This document shows, in pieces, positions 54,507-64,000 of a stretch of 64,000 nucleotides of DNA. The notes under the pieces are model-generated. The model ran no database searches, was not told where the DNA came from, and saw only the letters and a list, made by a program, of their open reading frames with translations. The DNA lies in assembly GCF_964204645.1 (NCBI RefSeq), contig NC_134025.1, positions 7,812,001-7,876,000 on the forward strand, in the 5' to 3' direction. Every line of letters begins with the position of its first letter. The stretch's first letter is position 1. A program made the position numbers and the translations under genes. This DNA comes from Tubulanus polymorphus (Eukaryota; Animalia; Nemertea).

Positions 54507-55833
54507 TTAGAAGACTGAATTGCCATGCATCATTCGGACAAATTCTGTAAATAGAAAGATAACATCTATACTTGGAACAAGATATCAAATCATATATTTT
54601 TTCCCTCCTTTTTTCAATTTTTACGATATATATGAAAGATATGTAGCCAGTGATATTACAAAATGTGCTCGATTTTAGAAATTAAGATCAAAATCTTAAA
54701 TTTTCAAGTTTGTAATGTAAATAAATACTTAGTACGCTACGGTGTAAGCTATATCATTTATGTATATTCAAGTATTTATGAACCTTTATAAAATGGAAAT
54801 ACTATGCTATATGTTACATCTACCTTCGTAATCTATGAAACCGTCTTCATTTATATCAGCATTATTCATGACGTCATTCATTTCCTCTTCTGTAAGTTTA
54901 TCGCCTCGCTTTCGCAACATTTTCTTCAACTCATCAGCGCTTATTTTACCATTACCATCGGCGTCGAATACACGAAATGCTCGCATTAGTTCATCTTCGG
55001 GATTCGGGTGCTTTTCATCGAAATGGTCCATCAAACCTTTGAATTCGTTGAATTCAATCGTACCGTTATCTATATATTTTCCAAAAGGAATGTTTACAAA
55101 TATACACATCAGTAACAAATATGCAATGTCTTGTTTATTCATTATCTTCATAGAGATATCATTCAATATCATTTGTAGATTATTGTGCCCATTACGTTAT
55201 ACGGTTTAACACGTTATGGGCATTACAGAAATATATATTACTACTGGCTATAACAGTGCTTAGTTATACGTTTTACTCAATCTTTATCTCCCGTCATAAA
55301 TACGCGTGTGTAGCGCTTGAGAAAAGCACATTGAAATATGCGGATCTCAAATTTGGCTTACGTAAAAAGTGATGACTTATCTTCGCTGGTATGCATTAGA
55401 TAAAGACATTTAACTTATTTGAATCAGTCGACAATGAATACATGTATATCTAAATGTCTGAATGTAGAAATCGATCGAGACCGTACGAAAGTCGAGTATC
55501 TTGTGGCTCTTTTAAAATTATTTACCGTTCGTGTCGACTTGGTGAATTATGTCTTCGATATCACCGACAGTAGGATTTCTTCCAAGCGAACGCATCACGA
55601 TTCCCAATTCATATACAGATATGTGACTATCGTTGTTGCGGTCGAACATGTCAAAGGCTTCTCTGTACGCTATATCCGTGGTAGAAAAAACAGTTTCTGA
55701 TACAGACGGATGAATGACTTATATGTTGCATATCATATTGATTACTCTTGACCAATAAGGGTCATTGTTTAATATTAGCCAAAATCTAAAACGTACATTT
55801 AAAATCACCAGCTTGACCTCGTTGTCCAGCCAT
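54507..55833 (-). CDS. Calmodulin-like protein, four EF-hands, ~154 aa; exons 55833-55797, 55669-55526, 55069-54824, 54544-54507
   Basis: YREAFDMFDRNNDSHISVYELGIVMRSLGRNPT, DTNDNGTIEFNE, AFRVFDADGNGKISADE, ADINEDGFIDYEEFVRMM. Confidence 0.9.
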
Positions 55834-56825
55834 CGTACAACCCTGACCAAAATAAGAATACGTGAATACCTTAGTTGAAAATGTATAAAAAATAATAATG
55901 AGAAATATCATTTAACCTTGTAAACCCATTTTTTGATTCGAATGCCTACCAGTAAATCCTGAGATATATGTATGCCTGCAATCGGTGATTATAATAAGGA
56001 GTTAAGAAGTCGAACATAACTTCACCGAAATTGGGTCAGCGCATGGGAAAATTTATGAAACATGTTCATTGTGGTATTGACAGTGTTAACGATGATTTTA
56101 AGGTTTTCTCTTTTAATTTATCAATAGGCCCAATCCCGGACGTGCCACTCTACGTTAACAGAGGGCAATCACATGTTGTTGTCACTTAGGTGAAAAGCGT
56201 TTGTATGCTGACCTTATGTTGAAGCGAAAAAGTGGACATTACCATAGTCTTACTTCTGAAAATAACAACGATCTGACACAATCACAAAAAATCTATTTTC
56301 CATAATTCTCCGCACGTATTTTTCGAAACTCTACGGAATTTAAATATATAATAAAATTATGTCAAAGACTTTGAAAACACTGCTAAAAGTAGCAAACGAC
56401 GTTTATGACTCGAGCGTCTGATGTATATTTATATACCCCCGAAGGAACACTTTCCGTTATTTATACGTGGGGTTTGCTGCAATTAACGGATTGAAAGCAT
56501 TTCATAGTAAGGTGGCTTAATTTCTGTTCTGGCTCACTTAACCGAAACTAATGCGTAGAATTCGACATGTTCGAATTCTATTGTAAACGCTTGATATTAT
56601 TCGTTATTTATGATTTAATCTGCTCGTTTAACTATATGAATTCAAAATAGTTCGGGGTTTTATGTTGTAATAGTTTTTGATTCACTGAAGATAAAGGCGA
56701 ACAAACCCATGGAGATTTGTGACGATTCTTGAGAGAAACCGTTACGTTCTCGTAAGCCGTTCAGTTGTTTTGACTCGATATTCCGGAAAAGGGCAATAAA
56801 TAATACGTTCTGTAATCGATGCGAT

Positions 56826-57422
56826 ATGGATGCGATTGCTAATATTCTGAAGCCGAATCCAAACGGCGTTTCTTCCAGTCCTCGGCCGTCTACCGATGCG
56901 GGATCATCAACTACAAAAGATGAGACGAAATTGGCGGTGAACAGACGAACACAACCGAGAGTCAGTATAGCTGATTTGTCGCTACTCAAACGTCGAATGT
57001 CTCGGTTACGATTCGAGTGGAAAACGCGAAAATCCCCAAGTGCGGTCGAACGAAAACCGAAATATGAAAACACGTACAAAACTGAGCCTGATAAAGATAG
57101 GAAGTTCATTCCCGAACAAGCAGAACGGATCATATACGAAACAATAGAAAACATCGCTAAAGGAGTAAAGTACGATCCGAAAGAATGCGCACTTCTATCC
57201 CGTTCAATTGTTGAAGAAGTCAAAGACAAGCTGCGTATCCATATGAACATTCCACGGCATAAGGTCACGTGCTATGCTGTAGTGACCCAGCGCCTGGGCC
57301 AGGGCATACAGATGTCTAGTAGATGTGTTTGGGACGAACAAAACGATGGCTGCGCATCGGCAAGATTTGAAAACCAGCACCTTATTGTTTTAGCCACCGC
57401 CTTTTTGACTTACTTCGATTAA
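56826..57422 (+). CDS. Tctex1-domain (dynein light chain Tctex-type) protein, single coding exon
   Basis: YENTYKTEP, IPRHKVTC, GQGIQMSSRCVWDEQNDGCAS...ATAFLTYFD. Confidence 0.9.
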   Translation: MDAIANILKPNPNGVSSSPRPSTDAGSSTTKDETKLAVNRRTQPRVSIADLSLLKRRMSRLRFEWKTRKSPSAVERKPKYENTYKTEPDKDRKFIPEQAERIIYETIENIAKGVKYDPKECALLSRSIVEEVKDKLRIHMNIPRHKVTCYAVVTQRLGQGIQMSSRCVWDEQNDGCASARFENQHLIVLATAFLTYFD

Positions 57423-58366
57423 GAAAACTTTAAGTATATATGCTTGCAAAATAATATATTTCTTGGTTGGATTAATTAATAATTTGGATCTAATAAGCTT
57501 CATTTTAATCAGTGCAAATTTGCCGTGATAAAACAATTTTTCGTAAGTTTGCATATTCCTTAAATTTCGATTTGTAGCCCATAAAGGCCTAATATCAAGA
57601 AAAAAATTTAGTACATTGGTTAACACTTGTATTCCTTGTGTTTATGATATTGAATTTACAAAAAGACTTCAATATATCAATATACATATGGTAGTGTTAT
57701 TGATGTGATTAAATAATTTTTCCGTAAATTTCCTTTTTTCTTGGATTTCAAGTTGTAGCTTATATAGGCCTACCATCAATAAAATTTTAGTAAATATTGG
57801 CCAAGAATCGTCTTCCTCGTCTTTTATAGTATTCTATTTATGAAAACTATATTATATCACTATACACATGCCAGTACGCACTTCAGGAGCATGAAGTACA
57901 TTTCATGGAATTTCAGTATTCAGAGTCACTGCTCCACAGGTGGTCTAAATTATATATTTCAGTCAACCACTCAACTCCTTAAAGTCCTTAGTGAGTGTAT
58001 AATAAATTAGGAACGTGTCAACTACGTATCCAGTCCTGTAATCAGATCAACCTAATTCTTGAATAATTTAGAAAATCAGTTGAAATATGATTTAGCGATT
58101 TAAAAGATATGAGTAATAAAACCATCCCTGGCACTGACTGCACAACCACAACCACAAGAAGATAACAACATTTTCCTTGTATCGATTTGCCTGCAAGCGA
58201 TCTGATTATGTATTCAAGAATTCAAGTGTCATAGTGTTGATTCTAATCGAAAATTCTGACCTTATTGATTATGCATTTTAAGATACCTATAAATCTACAT
58301 TGATCATTATATCATGAATGCAGGGTTATGTAGTGTGTATGATTTGCATTGATTGAAAGTTTCCCT

Positions 58367-60049
58367 ATGGACGACGAGGAAAAAAATGTCGAACAATCAT
58401 CGTCTGCAGTACGTAAAATGGCCGATAGTTTCGACCGGTATTTTGCTGCGGACGAAGAAAATACTCATTCTCACAGTTTGGCTGTATCGGGAAATAATAG
58501 TGATATCGCTCGAAACAAAAATAGTGACATCACAAGTATTTCAAAATCAAACGATGCGTTTATTCATCTTCGAAATGAAATTGCTGAACTCAAGCTGCTC
58601 ATTCAAGAGAAGGAGACTGAACTTGTCACCAGTCGTAGTAGAAATTACGAACTGACTAAGAAGATTGAAAAACTAAAAGCCGAGGTTGGTTTATTTTTTA
58701 CCCCTTCACCTCGTATGTGCCTCGTAGCTTGCATGCGTGGAAGCGATCAAGATATCATTTTTTTTCTTCCAAAAGAACGAGGCCCTTCGAACGTCTAAAC
58801 GTCATTCGATTAACAGCAACCCCAAGCACCAAATAGCTGAATCTAGGGGACTCTTAAACGAAGACGTGAATAGCGATAGCGAAGAGGACGATGACACAGG
58901 TGAATCTTCTGACTTCGAATTAGATGACGAGACCAAGACCACAAGAAGAAAAACGAGAAAAATTGGAAAGGTTTTTTTCATACGTAGACTTATCATTTTC
59001 ATTATTATCACGAATTTCGAAAGGGGATCTGAATTCAGAAAATGATGTAATTTACAAAGGTCTGGCATAACGAAAATACCTCATCGAGTACTTATCCTTT
59101 CTTACAGAAGAAAGGGAGACGCCGAAAAGGCAGAAAATATCACCAAAAAACTAAGCGGGACGTTGAGGTAGACTCAATTACTGTGCATCCGAAGAAGCAC
59201 GCACGAATACCAGGAAAGGATTTTCTGTCGTTAGACGCTGACCGGTTTTATGGCGTAAGTAAGGAATTCTTGCCACAATACCGTTTTAAAGGAAAAACAC
59301 TACAGATATTCATTATCCAATCTATCTATCAAGAGAAATGACTTTTTATATTCAGCGGAATCCTTTCCTGATATCAATTCCTGTGTATATCTCTCTTTAA
59401 GGAACTTGCTAGCCTATTTCCAAAGATGAGACTAGCGGCAATTATTGACGTTGAAAATAAATTCCTACAAGCTGACCAAAACGACGATGGGGTAAATGCC
59501 ATCGGTACAAATTCTATACACATCTAGATATGTCAAAACCGAGTTTGAAAATAAGTGTGCTTATGTTATTTTACGATATGTAGATGATAGATGCCGATGA
59601 ACTCGAAAAAATGCTGACAACTTCGCAAACTATGTTCACAAGAAAAGAGGTCATAGAAGTTATTAAGGAATTTGATAAAGATGATACGGGCACATTGGAT
59701 TTTATTGAGGCTTTAAGCGTAAGTTTATCTATAAGTTACCAAAACCGTGTCAGTGAATTTATTCTGAATTTACCGATGTATTCACTGTCCAATAGTGATA
59801 GTGAAGGCACGTAAATGGATCGTACTTGAAGTCGTCAGAAATGTGACGAATATTCGATTGTAAATATTCTTGATTTATTGCAGAGAAATTCCGAATCAAA
59901 TGACGCCGTTGTAACAAATGGAATTGCACTAAGAGTCAGCTTAAATTTGATCTATATTTCAGGTGATGGATTTGATGGAAAGGAATATGAACACGAAGAT
60001 ACCTTTAAATCTTAAAAGGCAGAAGAGTGCAATTTGTGCCGTTCAATAA
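58367..60049 (+). CDS. Coiled-coil + two EF-hand protein ending in CaaX (CAVQ); six exons
   Basis: Heptad LRNEIAELKLLIQEKE; acidic then basic tract; EF loops DQNDDGMIDADE and DKDDTGTLDFIE; last exon from 59963 VMDLMERNMNTKIPLNLKRQKSAICAVQ*. Confidence 0.8.
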
Positions 60050-60237
60050 TGCTACTTCATTTATTACTCAACTGATTCCGACTACAGCTTCAGAATATTG
60101 ATAAAAGATGGTGACCAAAGGATGTTCTTCACGGGAAGAGAATATTCGGTAATATACATGCAGTGTTTGGGATATGCTATTGACAAGCGAAATTGAGCAT
60201 GGAATTGCCGCCATTTGGAAATTGGTCGATATAGTCA

Positions 60238-60376
60238 TTATAACCCAACGCACACGACGCAGTGAAACACGGAAACAGAGAAACATGTTTCCGAGCGTTT
60301 CCCTGTGCCGTGTTTGTTTCCGCGTTTCTGGTACCCCGTTTCTCTGTTTCCTTGCGTCGTGCGCGTCGGACTAAAG
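60238..60376. mobile_element. Short hairpin MITE
   Basis: CCAACGCACACGACGCA...GGAAACAGAGAAAC mirrored by GTTTCTCTGTTTCC-TTGCGTCGTGCGCGTCGG. Confidence 0.6.
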
Positions 60377-60625
60377 TATAGCAATATCACGTGAATATTG
60401 ATTGTGTATTGAAACTTATGTTTAACTAACAGTAAACTGTTACACGATATAGATTTTCAAGGAACATGAATTAAATATTCATTACACGATAAAGCAATGC
60501 TTAATCAAATCTGAGAACTTTCTTAATTACATACTGTATATAAATAGTTCCATTGTTGCTATGGAGAATGGGTGTTATATCAACAATTTTGTTTGGTGCG
60601 ATTCAGCCAATATCGAATTATTGAG

Positions 60626-61825
60626 TCATTTTACAGAAGGGTAACATCGCAAGCGTTTAAGAAATGCTTTGTAGCCAGCTCGAAAGTGAGAATTAGTGGC
60701 TCCATAAAATATGCTGTTTACGCTGCTGTTGATGTGTGCCATTGTTATTGCCACAATGTAGCATACCTTCGGCACACGATCAGCGAAATCAAAAATACAC
60801 AGTGATGCGTACGGTGTCCAACATATGAGAAATATAATAAAGACTATCAACAAAGTCTTTGCTAGTTTGATATCCTTGACGTTAACTTTACTTCGACATG
60901 GGTTTCCCTTTCCTTGTTTTTTTGTTTGCTTATCAACCTCATCCTTGTGTGAGGCCATTGGAAAGCCACCTGCATTTACACTTGTGCAGGCTTGATTAGG
61001 TGCAACCTTGTTGTTTGTTGGTTTTCTCAATTTAGACATCCAATTTCTACTCGCATTATCTAACTCTGACAGCATCGATTGTTCGTTTGTATCAGCATCA
61101 GCGGTAATGGCTGGTTTAATTTGATTTTCGAAAACTCGTAGTTTTTGCCTTCTGACAAAATTGTATATACTAACATTGCAGAAAAAAACGGTAATAAGCG
61201 GTATTGTCACGAACATTGTAACGAAGAACGCTGTGTACGAAAAGGAAGCCAGTCTATCGTACGAACAAGCCATAGTTTTCATGTCGTAGGCGTGGGATCC
61301 CCAGAACAAGTAATTAGGCAGGTCCAAAAGTACCCACGCAATCACCCATAAACTAACAGCGTATGCAATTGTTTTTTTCCACGTGAATATCGTATTGTAT
61401 AAACGATTGACGCATATTAGGATGTACCTGTTGAAACTAATTGCGGCGATGTTCCACAACGAGCAGGTACAGCTGACCAGGCAGATACTGCCTATAATAC
61501 GACACAAAACCCACCGATATATGAAGAATTTCGGACCAAGAACCACTCCGCAGATGCTAAATGGGTTCACAAAACCAGTGACGCACATGTCGGCAATGGC
61601 AAGGTTCATGATAAAAACGTTTCCTTTCGACCACAGTCGTTTGTCCGTCAGTACTGCACCAATAACCATCGTGTTTCCGATGTTTCCTGTTATCGTGAAA
61701 ATGATCAAAATCGTCAAGTATATGTACGTCATGACTGGATGCTCTTGAAAAAAGTCGACGTCTTGGATCGTCTTGATTGCAGAACCATTCTGAAGGTCGA
61801 GCGAGCTGTTTACATTTTGAGCCAT
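60626..61825 (-). CDS. Rhodopsin-class GPCR, melatonin receptor-like, single coding exon, 399 aa
   Basis: GNIGN, NLAIAD, NRY(ILIC) in place of DRY, CWTP, NSSVNSIFYG; seven hydrophobic segments. Confidence 0.88.
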   Translation of the reverse strand: MAQNVNSSLDLQNGSAIKTIQDVDFFQEHPVMTYIYLTILIIFTITGNIGNTMVIGAVLTDKRLWSKGNVFIMNLAIADMCVTGFVNPFSICGVVLGPKFFIYRWVLCRIIGSICLVSCTCSLWNIAAISFNRYILICVNRLYNTIFTWKKTIAYAVSLWVIAWVLLDLPNYLFWGSHAYDMKTMACSYDRLASFSYTAFFVTMFVTIPLITVFFCNVSIYNFVRRQKLRVFENQIKPAITADADTNEQSMLSELDNASRNWMSKLRKPTNNKVAPNQACTSVNAGGFPMASHKDEVDKQTKKQGKGNPCRSKVNVKDIKLAKTLLIVFIIFLICWTPYASLCIFDFADRVPKVCYIVAITMAHINSSVNSIFYGATNSHFRAGYKAFLKRLRCYPSVK

Positions 61826-63363
61826 CTAAGGAAGATTTATGGAAGTACCCTAGATAATTAAAAGATTTACGTATTATGACACTTAAATTCGTGATCACCA
61901 ACTAAAAAATACTGAAATATCTTGAAATGAAATGATCTATGATATCATGAAGATATTTCAGCTTTTTTTCACAAAATTACTGCAGATGTTGATAATTGTT
62001 ACGAGATGTTCTTCCTAACAAAGCAATAAATACTGAATAATTGGTGTTCGCATAACTTACTTTCAACTAGAATATATTCCCGGAAAAATAGTATATAAGT
62101 TTCTTTAGCAACAATGAATGTTTTTACTTATCACTTCAGTCCTCCGTTGCCCACAATCGCTCAAGGCAGAACTTCAACGTTAAACGGTCAATATTCGATA
62201 CCGCGTTCACCATGGTTATAAATCATACGTGACTATGTAATTCAGAATACGCATCCTATGACGATAGCATCCAAGTGAATTTCTAATCATGAGGTAAAAT
62301 GAAACTGCGTAATCCACAAGCCATTGTACATCATCGACGCTATTGAAATAGAACTTCGAAAAGGCACTGATACGATGATCGTTTGAGTCTAACAAAGAAA
62401 TTTTCAACTGCAACATTATGAATACGTTCAAATATATAAATCAGTGATGTTTTTCTTTTATACTACCAGTATATTCATTCAGGTTACGATATGTTGAGTA
62501 TGTCCAGATCTAATAGTTTGTTTCTACCGGTGCATTCTAAGCTTTCCGTCACGAAGGCATCCCGTCTTACATTTCAGATACTTTTTCTTCTTTTGTGATA
62601 TTTATATTTTCGATTGTTTGTCTGAGAAAATTTCACTATACCGGGGAATTCTGAGTTATGCATTTTCAGGCGGAAAGCCGCTACAATTTTGCGGTGACAT
62701 GGTTTCGTAATGATTTTTTATCATCGGTATAATGGAATGAAGGATGACGTGAATGGATGTTGCCAGATTCAGCCACATACGAATCAGCCAACTTTTTTCG
62801 AACATTTTCTATCTTCAATTCCTCACAGGCCTGGCTAGAAATCAACGGATTTGGTGAGGTCTTTCATGTGGCCATCATGTTGTTTTACTTGCTTGCTTGT
62901 GTAAGTTATTTGAATCTCTTTTTTATCAATTTCATTCATCGATTGTTGACTGCAATTTCCCAAAAGCTTCGCTGACAAAATGTTTTAAAGTCCACTCCAG
63001 AAGTCTAGTATCCGCCATGCTGTTAATCTAGTTGAGCCATATGCAATACCAGAAAAACCATGTAAATAATCAAAATTCTTGTCTTTCACTTTTCCATTTT
63101 ATTTCTTAATTTCATCAATATTTATGTGATGCGTATGCCATTTCCATGTTGAATAAAAGGAAGAAATTTGACAGTAGATAAAAACATTCTGAACCGTTAG
63201 GGGTCGAGCTGTAAGACATAAATCTTTTGCTCCGTCACAATTAGTCCTTTAAAAGCCAGCATGGAATACGACTTCCCTTTGAAGCTTATTAGACAGTTAG
63301 TTGTTTGATTCGGATTTGCAGTTTTTCGAGATTGGTAGTTAAGAGCAATACGCACAGTCGTCA

Positions 63364-63678
63364 CTACGCAGTTTTACGGAAAATCACTTTAGTTGTTAGT
63401 TCCTTTGATGGTATTGATATAGTCTGGAAAAAATAACTGAAAACTTAACGAAATATTCAATCACAACAGATCGTCGGGTGAATTGAATTTCAATTATCAC
63501 GCTTTAGCTTTTATTGTTATTGGAATTCGTGTAGAACTCTGGGGCCAAATCTTGGAACCTTTCGCAAAATACTTACACAGAGTAAAGTGTCTCCTTTCGG
63601 TTGACGAATGCTGATAGCTTCGACTCCATCTACCACCGTTTTTTCAAGCATAGCGTCATTTTCCCATACCATGCTGAC
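63364..63678 (-). CDS. Last two exons of a fatty-acid-binding-protein (FABP/iLBP)-like gene; 5' part outside window
   Basis: 102-bp phase-0 exon 63678-63577 (VSMVWENDAMLEKTVVDGVEAISIRQPKGDTLLC) and terminal exon 63423-63364 (TISIPSKELTTKVIFRKTA*); matches FABP exon 3/4 size and beta-strand pattern. Confidence 0.65.
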
Positions 63679-64000
63679 CTGGAAGAGTAGCAATGATGTA
63701 AATACTATATAGATAACTTGGATCAGTTTACTTAAAGAAAATGATACAAATGAAAATGACCACAGGGCTACATGAAATTGCAATAGATTTTCAATTTCAA
63801 TCTAATGAGGTAGCTCAGTGGTTCATATCTCAAGAAGTACTCGAGACATTTAGGGTAGAAACGACTGTTACACAGCATATTCGTGTGTATACTCATTCAT
63901 GAAAGTCTGAATCATTATGAGGGAGAACGAGGCAGGAACGTGAAAATAACATACATATTCACGTAGACTTCCATAGATCCACTTGAGATTGTTTACGTCC

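Noticed and set aside
56660-57268. 202-aa minus-strand ORF
   Set aside because: Antisense shadow of the Tctex-domain gene.
54507-60049. A functional calcium cluster (Gla genes + calmodulin-like + EF-hand protein)
   Set aside because: Adjacency in a compact eukaryotic genome does not imply shared function; no shared regulatory evidence visible.

Overview
AT-rich eukaryotic DNA with short GT-AG introns, most consistent with a marine invertebrate (species not determinable here). Gene models were rebuilt by hand from splice sites and reading phase. In order: a two-coding-exon class C (mGluR-like) GPCR (-), a small secreted two-module Cys-rich protein (+), a 1.76-kb foldback element and a decayed relative, a Cys-less pentameric ligand-gated ion channel with alternative first exons (+), an (AT)n microsatellite, three tandem Jagged/Serrate-derived membrane-protein genes (+), a calmodulin-like gene (-), a Tctex-type dynein light chain (+), a CaaX-ended EF-hand protein (+), a melatonin-receptor-like GPCR (-) and the 3' end of an FABP-like gene (-). 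The standout is the three-gene array at 33.2-54.4 kb. Each gene encodes signal peptide, C2/MNNL-like region, DSL, an INTERNAL gamma-carboxylase propeptide ending in RVKR, a Gla domain, a 25-bp aromatic-stack exon, EGF repeats, a TM helix and a tail. These are Notch-ligand scaffolds carrying a coagulation-factor-type vitamin K-dependent module. A palindromic pair of Penelope-type hammerhead ribozymes lies in an intron of the second gene.
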